A stretch of DNA of 63,765 bases, filler included, from Chrysochromulina tobinii (lineage: Eukaryota), in NCBI GenBank assembly GCA_001275005.1. It is 8 parts of 8 records of this genome, joined end to end, with 100 filler letters (N's around TTAATTAATTAA, not from the genome) between each part and the next. Parts side by side here need not be neighbours in the genome. Positions count along the whole stretch, not along the records: positions 25,303 to 35,896 come from JWZX01000690.1; positions 35,997 to 49,571 come from JWZX01000691.1; 6 more parts are not named here. The stretch is one strand, 5' to 3'. The notes under the pieces are model-generated. The model worked only from the letters and a program-made list of their open reading frames with translations, was not told where the DNA came from and did not search any database. This document shows positions 33,194-43,504 of the stretch, one piece after another (within the stretch, counting starts at the first letter, position 1; each line of letters begins with the position of its first letter). A program made the translations under genes and the position numbers.

Positions 33194-34964
33194 ATGAGCA
33201 CAGCGCCGTCTGCGCCCATGTTGCGCACCAAAATCGAGGGCCATAGGCTCTCCACTGACCAGAGGGTGGATGCAGCTATCTTCGTTGTCGAGCAGTCGCA
33301 CGTCGAGTATGTAATCAGCTCCTCGTACGAGGGTGCCACCGTCCGCGTGCAGCGCCGTTTCTCTGAATTCGAGCAGCTCCACCAAGGGCTCGCTCACACC
33401 TGGTGCGACACTTCCGGCGTGCCCATTCTGCCTGAAGTCTTCCCTGTCTCGAAGCTGCTCTTCCACACCGCGTACGAGCTCGATGAGCGCATGAAGTTGC
33501 TCAACATTTACATGCGTGGGCTAGTCGGCTCGATTGAGTCGACGCCGCCCACTGATCTGCTCGTGTTTCTCGGTTTTGTTGGCGCGGAGAGTTCAGCGGC
33601 CGGGGTCATGATATTAGGACCCGAGCCACCGCGCAGCAGCAGCAGCGGCAGCAGCAGCAGCGTGGGCAATCCAAGCCCGTTCAAGTTGGAGCGCTATTTC
33701 GGAGTGCACGAATTCACCGCCAAGGTGCTGCTGAGCAGTAGCGACGTTGAGGCGTTATCGGTGCACGAGCTGCTCTGATGATGACTTCTGATGATGACCT
33801 CTGATGATGACCTCTGATGACATCTGATGACCTCTGATGATGACCTCTAATTGCCTCCCTCATCAGGTGCGCGAGCTGCTGCTGATTGCGCGTGAGGCAG
33901 GCGACACGCACTCCCTTGCTCTTTGGGAGGGCCTCCATCTCGGCTACACGGAGTCCCAGGGGCACCCAGAGCTGCTCAAGGAGATCGCGGCAACTTATTC
34001 CGCAGCGGTCACGCACGATCATCTGCTCGAGGTCGTGCCCGAGGAGGGAATCTTCATCGCCATGTCCTGCCTTCTCGCGCCGGCCGACGAGGTGATCGTC
34101 ACATGGCCCGCGTATCAAAGCCTGTATGAGGTGGCGCGCGCGCGCGGTGCCAATGTGCGCCGGTGGGAGGCTAGCGGCAGTGTGTATGATCGGCAGACCT
34201 TCGACGTTGGCGCGCTCGAGGCGCTCATTACCGAGGCGGGGGGGCGCGTCAAGCTGATCGTCGTCAACTTCCCGCATAACCCCACCGGCGCGTCGCTGAG
34301 CCCCGACGAGCTCACGCGGCTTATCGGATTGGCACGCCACGCGGGCGCGTGGCTCTTCTCGGACGAGATGTATCGCGGGCTGGAGCTCGGCGCCCTGCCG
34401 CCGCTGCCTTCTGTGTGCGAGCTGTACGAGAAGGGGGTCGCCCTCTCCGGGATGTCCAAGGTGTACGCGCTGCCTGGGCTGCGGATTGGGTGGCTTGCCT
34501 GCCGCGAGAGCCACTTCATCAAGCAGGCTCGCACGTACAAAGACTACACGACCATCTGCGGGTCGGCGCCCTCGCAGGTGCTCGCTCTCATTGGAATGCG
34601 CCATCGGGTCTCGCTCGTCGCTCGAAGCAAGGCCATTGCGGCTGAGGGCCTTGCGGCCACGGTCGCGTTTTGCGAGAAGCACTCGGATAAGTTCGTCTTC
34701 CACCCGCCGGATGCGGGGCCCGTCGCGTACCTCGCCATTAAGCAAGGCGCTCGTGGCGAGGCGCTCACGGCAGCGGATGCGCAGGCCTACTCTGAGCGGC
34801 TCGTGAGGCAGACGGGCGTGATGCTCATCTCAGGCGCGATGTTTGAGGCAGAGGAGCCGTTCCTGCGATTGGGGTTTGCAAAGGCCGGCTACGCAGCGAG
34901 GCTCGCCTCATGGGAAGCGACCTTCGAGACTGTCGTCCTGCCTGGGCGGGAGGCTACGGCGTGA
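33194..34964 (+). CDS. PX domain fused to a PLP-dependent class I/II aminotransferase; intron 33761-33866
   Basis: PX motif VEYVI...VQRRFSEFEQLHQGL...ERMKLLNIYM. Aminotransferase motifs FKLERYF, LGYTESQG, NFPHNPTG, SDEMY and SKVYALPGLRIGW. Splicing keeps the frame. Confidence 0.88.
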
Positions 34965-35645
34965 GGTTAGCGTGGGCCTCGAGCGTGGCCAAGGGCTCAG
35001 CTTGAGGCCGCTCCCCGGTGCGCCGCAGTCAGGAAAGGGCCCTGAGCCTGCGTCCGCGGGACCGGAACGGGACCGGAATTCGATACGCCCCTCCTGAGGA
35101 GTCGGCTGTCGGGCGGAGGGACCACGCTCCACTGGAGAGGCTTGGGCTAGGGGGAGGGTAGTTCTTTCTGGAAACTGGACTTTTATATGGATGTTCACAC
35201 ACTATCGTATATCGTACGGAGGTTTACGACCGGTAGCCCTAGTGACGAAACCCACTGACTGTCTAATAATGAGATGACGAAACTTAAGTGAGGTCAGTGA
35301 CGAAACTTCGACGAACCAAACACGACATAGCGGGCCATGTGACGTACAAAGTGACAAAAACGAATCTCGAAACGAATACATGTACAATTGAAGGCGGCCG
35401 AGACCGCGTTTCGTGTTAACGTTCACAGCCGGATGACAAATTTCGGACACGCATCTGGAAAAAAGTGGTTCGGGGCAACAGTGCCGCTGCTGTACACGAT
35501 CGTAAATGGACGTGCTTTCATGGCATCAAGAGGATAGGCGTGGGCGTTCTTGTGGTGAATTGGGTGTGAATTCTCCTCTGAGGAACACCATGTTGAAACA
35601 CCATGCAATTTATGCCATTCTAGCTTGTAGGCGATAGGGTAATGA

Positions 35646-35815
35646 CCTGAGTGTTGAAACCTTGAAACCCTCCCCCAAGGTCAAAATCTCGCGCACCACC
35701 ATGTTGAAACTTTGGGTAACATCCTGAGTGTTGAAACCCTCCCCCAAGGTCAAAATCTCGCGAATAACTATGTTGAAACTTATTCGGGTTTGTCCTAAGT
35801 GTTGAAACCCTTAAG
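35646..35815 (+). repeat. Tandem-like repeats (tgttgaaac; aaaccctcccccaaggtcaaaatctcgcg twice)
   Basis: Directly visible repeated units. Confidence 0.75.
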
Positions 35816-35896
35816 GTAGTCCGCTCATGGTGTACATGGGGCAAAAACTGATCTCCAAAAGTACTGAAGGGATTTGAACGAAACTCAAGCCAGAGG

Positions 35897-35996
35897 NNNN
35901 NNNNNNNNNNNNNNNNNNNNNNNNNNNNNNNNNNNNNNNNTTAATTAATTAANNNNNNNNNNNNNNNNNNNNNNNNNNNNNNNNNNNNNNNNNNNN
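35897..35996. other. Artificial contig linker
   Basis: N-TTAATTAATTAA-N. Confidence 0.98.
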
Positions 35997-36635
35997 TGGA
36001 ATCGCTCGAACGCGGAGTTTTTTCTCGAGGCCTCAAATTGCGGAAAAATGTTACCAAGTGCGGAAAAGTTTTGACAGGGGGTTTCACCCGTGGTCTAGGG
36101 GACCATTAGTTTATTACTGAGGCGCTCGCGTGTCCCATGTGGCGTGTCAATGGTGCGCGTCGTCGGTTGACGTCTGAATTGTGTATGTCCCGGCAACGGT
36201 GTCCCGGCTCCCTTGGTACTCCCTTGGTACTTGCCTTGGTGTCTTAATCGGTATTCGGTAAGCCCGTCGAAAAACAACGTGCAGACCTCCGCAGTGCTCC
36301 TCCTTGTGCTCCTCAAGACTCAGTTGGCATCGGGGACACTGGTGTGAAGAGCGCAATTTACACCCTCGTGCATCACGTCAGCGTTACGTCAGCGCGCCCG
36401 GGCCCCAGCGCAACCCGCCGTGTGGTGCCCCGTCGTGCCGTCGAACCGTCGCCTGAGCCACAACCTTCAGCCCAACAGCCACTCGACCGAGGAGAACCCA
36501 GTGGCTCTAACTCTGACCGCACACAGCTCCTGTGCACCTAGACGCGACAACCGGTACTGCCCGTTGTGTGTATTCATAGTGAACAGGACATAAGCCAGAT
36601 CTTCTCCTCGAGAAAACACTTCTCGCGGCCTTGTC

Positions 36636-37133
36636 ATGTCGCAGCTCGCCATCGTCACGCTGCTCATTCAGTCGACGAGCGCGTTTGTTGCGCTGCACGC
36701 GCCAAAAAAGTCACAGTCCGTCGGGCCGATGATGCGCTGGTCCGATTCGAATTGGAATTGGGGATCTGCAGGTGGCGATGCTCACAATGAAGCGATGCGA
36801 GTAAGAAAGATGCTTTCAACTCCGCAAGCCAGGCGTGAGTTCTTGCAGACCACCGCTGACGGCACGGGCGATCTTGAGGACGTTAAGATGGTGCTAGCAC
36901 TCAAATGTCAACGCGCATGCAACGTGGGCTATGACCTGCCGGGTCGTGGGTGGCAGACGCTGATGGAGTCAATGGCGGCTTGCACATTTGAAGGAGACGA
37001 TGGTCAGGCAAAGCTCGAAGCAGCCATCCGCGAGCGCCTCAAGAATGCTAGCAAGCTCTACCCGGAGGCGACGGCACGCGAGATGATCGCAGTAGCCCTC
37101 AATAATCTCGGATTTGTGGAGCGTGGATTGTAG
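36636..37133 (+). CDS. Uncharacterised protein with signal or bipartite-like N-terminus
   Basis: Hydrophobic N-terminus ending in TSAF (resembles the ASAF-type plastid-targeting motif) and a helical body with NWNWGSA.GDAH. Confidence 0.6.
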   Translation: MSQLAIVTLLIQSTSAFVALHAPKKSQSVGPMMRWSDSNWNWGSAGGDAHNEAMRVRKMLSTPQARREFLQTTADGTGDLEDVKMVLALKCQRACNVGYDLPGRGWQTLMESMAACTFEGDDGQAKLEAAIRERLKNASKLYPEATAREMIAVALNNLGFVERGL

Positions 37134-37454
37134 TACTATCGAGTAGAGGGGACAAGCTCGGAGCTGCGTTGAGCGCGTACCACCTACCAGGCAGCGCTGT
37201 ACATACAATTGTAGTCTACGTGTTGAGGAAGAAAGGCTTTCTCGGGTTCGACGTCTTCTTGTGTCTCCACGGGACCTGTGGTCGTGCGTCTTGCCGAGAT
37301 GACAATTTAACGTGAACGTGAACGTGAACGGCTGTGTGAAGATGCAGTGTGAAGACGTGTGAACGTTAACACGACGAGTGTGGCCTGAGTGTGCACATCG
37401 AGTTCAGCCGGTCTGTCTCCCCGCTTCCCTCTCAGGCGGCCTGACGCGCGTTTT

Positions 37455-39128
37455 ATGGAGTCGGAGCAGGCGGCAGCCTCCTACGCCGAGTCGCTCGGTG
37501 ACCTCACCTTCAACTCGAAGCCCATCATCAACAGCCTGACGATGATCGCCGGCGAGTTGCTGCCACACGCCACTGCGATTGTCAGGACCATCGAGCAGCG
37601 CGTGGCACAGGCTGCGCCAGACAAGAAGCTTCCGGTCATGTACCTGCTCGATTCGATTAGCAAGAATGTGGGCGGTGCGTACGTGGACGCCTTCGCTGTG
37701 CGGCTTCCGCAGACGATCGGCACAATCTACGCAGCAGCCGGGCCGAAGATGCGCACCTCGCTGCAGAACCTGGTCAAGACGTGGAACGGCGTTTTCCCGT
37801 TGAGCGTGGTGCAACAGGCGGCCGACATCGTCAACGGCATCGCGCCACCGCCGCTGCTGCCTTTTTCCGAGTGCGGTGCGGGCGCCGGCGCTGCGCCAGC
37901 GTCAGGGCCGGTGCTGCTCGCGCCGTCCAAGCCAAACGCTCGGCCGGTATCGGCCGTCGCCGGCGCCAACACCGAAACGGCGGCGCGCAAGCGCGCTCGC
38001 GCCGAGGACGCCGCCAGCGCCGCCGATGCCACCGTCGACGACCTCAAGAGTGAGGTGGCCACGCTGGTGGTGCGCATCACCACGCACATGAAGACTGGCC
38101 TGCCGCCCGACTTGCAGCTTGTCGACTTCGCAGCGCGCACGATGGCGCTGTACTCGCAGATCCTCGCGAGGCTCGCGCCAACGAGCGCCGACTTCTCGCA
38201 CTACACGGCTGAGCTGCAGCGTATGCAGCGGCTGCACCACGACCTGCGGCGCGTCGTCGACGGCGAGGACCCGACAGTCGACGGGATGCCGCCGCTCATC
38301 CCGCCGCCGCCGCCGCCATGGTTGCCACCAGGGATACCACCGGGGATACCACCGGGGATACCACCAGGGATACCACCGGGGATGCCATCCGGACTCCCGC
38401 CTGGAATGCCATCCGGGCTTCCGCTCATACCGCCGCCGCCGCCGCCGCCGAACGCTCGGCGAGGCCCGCCGCCGCCGTCTCCGCCAGCTGCGCCAGCCGC
38501 CGTCGCCGCGCCGCCCGTCGACGTGTCCAAATTGCTCGCGAGCCTCGCCGCCGCAGGAGTGCTCAAGACGAGCGGCGTGTCCGCGGGCGGCGGCGGCGCG
38601 CCGACGAGCGGGCCGCCCGCGCCGCCGCCACCGCCCGCCGGCCTTGCGCGAGTGCTGTGGACCCTGCATGAGGCTCGTCCCCTACAATGCAAGACGTGCG
38701 GCGTCCGCTTCGGCGCCGACGGCCGAGACGAGCTGCGGAAGCACATGGACTTCCACTTTCGGCGCAACATGCGCGGCAAGGCGGGCGGCATCGCGCCGCC
38801 GTCGCGCCGCTGGATGTTGCCGCTCAACGGCTGGCTCAAGTGGCAGTTTGACGAGTCCGAGAAGGCCGAGAGCAACAAGGCCGTCATCTCCGTCTTCGAC
38901 GCGATCGCGGGCGGCACCGAGGGTTTCGGCGGCGAGCCCGCGCCCGAGGCGGCGCCCGTGCCGCTCATGCGCGCGCCCTCGGAGGTCTCGCGACTCGCGT
39001 GCTTCCAGTGCGGCGAGCCCATCGAGATGTTCTTTGATGAGGCTGCGGACGATTGGATGCTGCGCGACGCAGTGACGGCGAACGACGGCACCGCGCGCAT
39101 ATGCCACAGCGCGTGCCAACAGGGGTGA
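37455..39128 (+). CDS. PCF11: PCF11-like pre-mRNA 3'-end processing factor (CID plus two zinc fingers)
   Basis: LTFNSKPIINSLTMIA, KLPVMYLLDSISKNVG, CKTCGVRF...HMDFHFR..SRRW, and CFQCGEPIE...W...HSAC. Confidence 0.9.
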   Translation: MESEQAAASYAESLGDLTFNSKPIINSLTMIAGELLPHATAIVRTIEQRVAQAAPDKKLPVMYLLDSISKNVGGAYVDAFAVRLPQTIGTIYAAAGPKMRTSLQNLVKTWNGVFPLSVVQQAADIVNGIAPPPLLPFSECGAGAGAAPASGPVLLAPSKPNARPVSAVAGANTETAARKRARAEDAASAADATVDDLKSEVATLVVRITTHMKTGLPPDLQLVDFAARTMALYSQILARLAPTSADFSHYTAELQRMQRLHHDLRRVVDGEDPTVDGMPPLIPPPPPPWLPPGIPPGIPPGIPPGIPPGMPSGLPPGMPSGLPLIPPPPPPPNARRGPPPPSPPAAPAAVAAPPVDVSKLLASLAAAGVLKTSGVSAGGGGAPTSGPPAPPPPPAGLARVLWTLHEARPLQCKTCGVRFGADGRDELRKHMDFHFRRNMRGKAGGIAPPSRRWMLPLNGWLKWQFDESEKAESNKAVISVFDAIAGGTEGFGGEPAPEAAPVPLMRAPSEVSRLACFQCGEPIEMFFDEAADDWMLRDAVTANDGTARICHSACQQG

Positions 39129-39984
39129 CCCAGCCGCTGTGGTGCGAGGCACGATAGGAAGGGGGGCGGCAGCCGCGTAGCACCTCGCAGATCCTAGCTC
39201 ATCTGCGCACCAACACAGGAAAAGAAGGATAGAGACCAGCAGACCACGAGAGAGGAGAGAGAGAGAGAGAGACGTCCACGACCACGTGCCACGACCAACG
39301 AACAAGAAGGCCCACTCCTTCTCGTCCGACTTGCGCACACATACATTGGGGGCGCAGTGATATCAACTCCCTCTCTCGCTCTCGTCTCTGAGCGTCTCGC
39401 GCTCCCCGCTCCACGATGCTCTCGATGGCGCACGATCGCACGTCGACCACGATCCTGGCTCCCGTCGCTCGCGTCTGCGGTCTCGCGCCGAGCGCGACAT
39501 CGGACATGCGACAATGCTACGCCTACGATCCGTCGATCGGCGTGGACCGGGTACGTCTTGTGTCTTGACACGCGAATGCGCGACGGGCGGGGGTATAGAT
39601 AGACCCGTTCTTGTTCCTTCAGACTCGTCTAAGACTCGTCATTCTTCGCTGTCGACTGTCCGCGTTGGACTCTCCGGGTGACCATGCGCCCGCCGCCTGG
39701 TGCGCAAGGGAAGATGTAGCATGCGCATGAGTGTGGGACGTGTGGCGCGTTTGCGCTGGGCGGCTGGGCCTGGGGGGGTTGTGCGTTCGTTAAAATCAAC
39801 ACGAGAAGAACTCAAGAACTTGGGGCCGACCTTGGTCCTTGCGGGTTACGTGTGCTTTTCGTGTGCTTTCGAGACTTGAAAAGAGAGGAGTGCGATGTCG
39901 ATTTACCTTTGCCTGCGGTGTCTTGGGTCGTTAAAACATTGGCTGTGAAGACGACCACGTCGCTATTTGTCCCAACTGCGTGCA

Positions 39985-40977
39985 ATGCTTGCCTTGCCTT
40001 CCTTGCCACTCTGTCGCCCGTCGGCAAGCACATCCTCTTCGACAGCGCCTTTTGACACGACCACGGGCAAGCGCAAGGATGGCCGCCTGACCGGGCAGCT
40101 GCGGCCGCTCAAGCTTCGGACGGGAGTCGTCACCTCTGCGAGTGGCTCGGCCATGCTCGAGCTCGCGCACACCAAGGTGTTGTGCTCCGTGTTCGGCCCG
40201 CATCAAGCCGAGGGTCGCGAGTACATGCAGCAAGGCCAGCTGGAGTGCACGGTGCGCCTAGCGAGCTTCGCGCGGCGCGGAGCGTGCCGCACGCGCGCTG
40301 GCGGGCCGAGCGTCTCCGCCGAGGAGCGCGCGCTCTCGCTCGACCTCGCGGCGGCGCTCGCGCCGTCGGTACAGCTGCATCTGCTGCCCAAGTCGGTGGT
40401 GGCCGTGCACGTGCTCGTGCTGCAGGACGACGGCGGCGTGCTGTCGGCGGCAGTGAGCTGCGCTTCGCTCGCGCTGGCGGACGCGACCATTGGCCTTTAT
40501 GGCATGGTAGCGGCCGTCGGCGGCGGCATGCTCGGCGAGGCAGTCGCGCTCGACTGCGATGCGGCCGAGCTCGATGCGAGCGTGGGAAGCCTGACGGTTG
40601 CATGCATGCCAGCGCTCGATCAGCTCACGCTGCTTCGTCACGAGGGCGCTGTGCCCTTTGAGCGTGCCATCGAGGGGCTGCAGCTCGGGCTCGAGGGATG
40701 CTCCTTGCTGCATGGGCAGATGGCCGCCGCGCTGCGCAAGGCTGTCGAAGCACGTGCGCGCCAGGCAGTCGCGGCAGAGGCGAGGGCAGCGCAAGCGCTC
40801 GCGCATCATGTGGCTCAAGGCGGCGAGCAGCCGGCTGGAGAGGCCCCCATCGCAGATATGGAGGCGGTCGCAGACCCTAGCGACGGTGCAGACCGAGCGG
40901 ACGGAGCAGACGCCAAGGTGCGTGGCAAGCGCTCTCGTGACGTGATGGCGATGAAGGGTGGGGAGGCCGCGCGGTGA
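39985..40977 (+). CDS. Exosome core RNase PH-like subunit (Rrp41/Mtr3 family)
   Basis: RKDGR...LRP, ASGSAMLE..TKVLCSVFGP, PKSVV.VHVLVLQDDG and ASLALADA. Confidence 0.88.
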   Translation: MLALPSLPLCRPSASTSSSTAPFDTTTGKRKDGRLTGQLRPLKLRTGVVTSASGSAMLELAHTKVLCSVFGPHQAEGREYMQQGQLECTVRLASFARRGACRTRAGGPSVSAEERALSLDLAAALAPSVQLHLLPKSVVAVHVLVLQDDGGVLSAAVSCASLALADATIGLYGMVAAVGGGMLGEAVALDCDAAELDASVGSLTVACMPALDQLTLLRHEGAVPFERAIEGLQLGLEGCSLLHGQMAAALRKAVEARARQAVAAEARAAQALAHHVAQGGEQPAGEAPIADMEAVADPSDGADRADGADAKVRGKRSRDVMAMKGGEAAR

Positions 40978-41318
40978 GAGGAGTGGCAGTGAAACAGTGT
41001 GAAAGGAGTGGCTGCGCAGCCCCGCCCAGTGTCGCGATCTAGGCCGACACGATTCCCTTGTACTGGAGTCATGCCGACTTTTCTAGCGGCCCCCATCAAG
41101 ATCTCACCCAATTTATCAACTTTGTGAAGGGGCAAATCTCCTGGGTGCGGACATCAGGACAAAACTTGCCAAAACTGCAAACTCGGGACCCCGCGGGAGG
41201 CCTTCCTGTCAGTCCACCAACTAGTCTATCCACCCTCGCAGACGAAGATCCAAGGCGCCTTGCGGGCGGGCGACCTCGGCCTCGTCTTTTTGTGTCCGGC
41301 ACACTCCCTCCCAAATTA

Positions 41319-42929
41319 ATGCCAGTGGTGACCACGCAGCGTGGGCGTGTGGTGACACCCACGCTGCCGCGCGCAGCGACGACCCGCAAGGCCACAGGCG
41401 GCGGCGCAGCGAGTACCCGTGGCGGCGCACTGAGTCACCGCAAGGCTATAAACAGCGGCAAACCAAGCGCTGCAAACCAGACGCCCGCAAAGCCACAAAC
41501 CAAGCGTCCACTGCTGACACGTCAAAGCAGTCGCGAGTTTGCGGACGCGCTCAAATCCATGCTGAGTGAGGCGGACCTTGCCCGAGGACTGCCGGATCCT
41601 GATGCAGAGCCGGCGCCAACAGGCGCGGTCGCCAACCTATGGTTGGGCTTGTCGAGTCTCGTTGACCATCTGCGTCCCAAGCCATCACCACGCCACCTCC
41701 TTGATTTGCCCGAGGAGTGCATCTTCCTCCTCATCGAGCAAGCTTTTTTCGGGAGCATCAGGGCGGCGCGCCCCATAGAGCGGCTGGCGTCGCTCGCGGC
41801 CACATGCCGTGCCCTGCGCTTTGCGGGCTCCGAGCGCGCGGCCGAGCACCTGGCGCGCGCCCTCTACCCTCCCCAGCTGTGCAGCAGTTGCAGCCTGCCG
41901 TTGCAATCGTGGCGCGAGCTTCTGCAGACGGACAATGCCGCCATGGGCGTCTGGTGCGTAGACGTGCACGGCATCAGCTGCAGCGTCGCACAGCCCGACG
42001 GATCCTACATGGAGGCGCATCTGCAGTCGATCGCTCTCGACTTGCACGACGCGTGCCCCGAGCTGATCCTTCTGGTGGACGCGGCGGGCGATGTGGCGGC
42101 TCTCTCATCTCGCATGCTCCACGGGCACGTTCGCCTACGCACAGCCGACGACCGTTACCTCCAAGGAGGCGTGTGGCAGCGCCCAGTGTACCGTCTACTC
42201 GGGCCGGGCAGGCAAGTGTGCGAGATGAGCTTTCCCGCCGATGTGCTGCTGGACGCGCCGCGAGATGCACGAGCGGCGGGCGCCGCGACCGGCGCAGGCG
42301 GCACCTCGCCGCTGGGGCGACGTGCCATGTCGATGGCGGTCGGCACCGGCACAACGGTCGGCGCGGCCGGTGGCGCGGCTGCCGAGGCCGTGCTGGGCGC
42401 CGCTGAAGGGCTCTGGAGCTTCTCGATCTGGGAGATCAAGTTCAGGGTGCTCAAGATGGGCAGTGCGCTTGCTCGCACGCCCGGCGAGTTGGCGCGCCTC
42501 TTCCGTCGCGAGGGTTCCTTTCGGCCTCTCCCGTTGCCATACGACGCCGAGCGTCGCGGGCCAGCCTCTTGGCCGCACGTGCCGGCCACTCTGCACCCGC
42601 GGCTGCGTGCGAATGCAGGGTTTACCTGGGCGCTGCTCGGCAAGGGTGGCGAAGGCGAGGCCGAGGTCGAGGCTGCAGCTACGTGGCGCGTGCAGCTCAG
42701 CGAGCAATGGCAGGTGCACATGCCAATAGAGCCTGATGCTGATGAGAGCGCGTCTGCCGCTGGCGCTGGTGGCGACGGCAGCGCAGCCGACGAGGTGTCT
42801 CGCCAGCCCTCGAGGGATGCGCGCTTCCGTGTCCAGCCCGGCTGGCAGCGACTCGAAGTGGTCCAGAGCGATCGCTCACTCAGTGGTGGTGCGCTGCTCG
42901 AGGCCGACCACTCCATGTGCTGGAGGTGA
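41319..42929 (+). CDS. Uncharacterised protein with F-box-like motif
   Basis: LLDLPEECIFLLI...LASLAATCRALR in a long ORF. Confidence 0.55.
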   Translation: MPVVTTQRGRVVTPTLPRAATTRKATGGGAASTRGGALSHRKAINSGKPSAANQTPAKPQTKRPLLTRQSSREFADALKSMLSEADLARGLPDPDAEPAPTGAVANLWLGLSSLVDHLRPKPSPRHLLDLPEECIFLLIEQAFFGSIRAARPIERLASLAATCRALRFAGSERAAEHLARALYPPQLCSSCSLPLQSWRELLQTDNAAMGVWCVDVHGISCSVAQPDGSYMEAHLQSIALDLHDACPELILLVDAAGDVAALSSRMLHGHVRLRTADDRYLQGGVWQRPVYRLLGPGRQVCEMSFPADVLLDAPRDARAAGAATGAGGTSPLGRRAMSMAVGTGTTVGAAGGAAAEAVLGAAEGLWSFSIWEIKFRVLKMGSALARTPGELARLFRREGSFRPLPLPYDAERRGPASWPHVPATLHPRLRANAGFTWALLGKGGEGEAEVEAAATWRVQLSEQWQVHMPIEPDADESASAAGAGGDGSAADEVSRQPSRDARFRVQPGWQRLEVVQSDRSLSGGALLEADHSMCWR

Positions 42930-43504
42930 CTGTGACGTGACTCGTGAGACGAGAGAGGACCAGAGGCGAAAGGACCGGAGTATAGTAGGGGCTAGAGCGG
43001 GTGACGAGGGAAACGAAACGGGGTACGCTAAGGGTACGGCGTACGCAGCCGGGCCCCGGGAACTAAGCCGGAGGACTCAGCAGGAAAAGAAATCCTTATA
43101 ACCGGATCGGCGCAGTGGATGGACCGAACGCGATACCGAGAATGTATCGAATCCGAGCATCCGGACGGCCGTGTATATACGCTTTGTAAATATGTGATAA
43201 TCGGAAATCGCAACGGCACGCGACGGGCGCACGGTTACACCACCGCACATGTAGATCGCGCATGTACTCGCGGGGCGCCCTGGGTCTCGACGAGTCTGAA
43301 TACCGCGAATGAAGCGAAATGGGTCTGACGTGCGACGTCTCTCGACGACGAGACACGAGTCTGCGATACCGCGAATCGAACGGGAAACGCGACCGGACGG
43401 AAAGGAAACGCGACGCCCCGTCCCGTGCCCGCCCGCGCTGCGAGTGTACGATTGCGAGTACTGAAAGCTCTCAACTTTCCTGCCCGCGCTGGAATCATAA
43501 AGGA

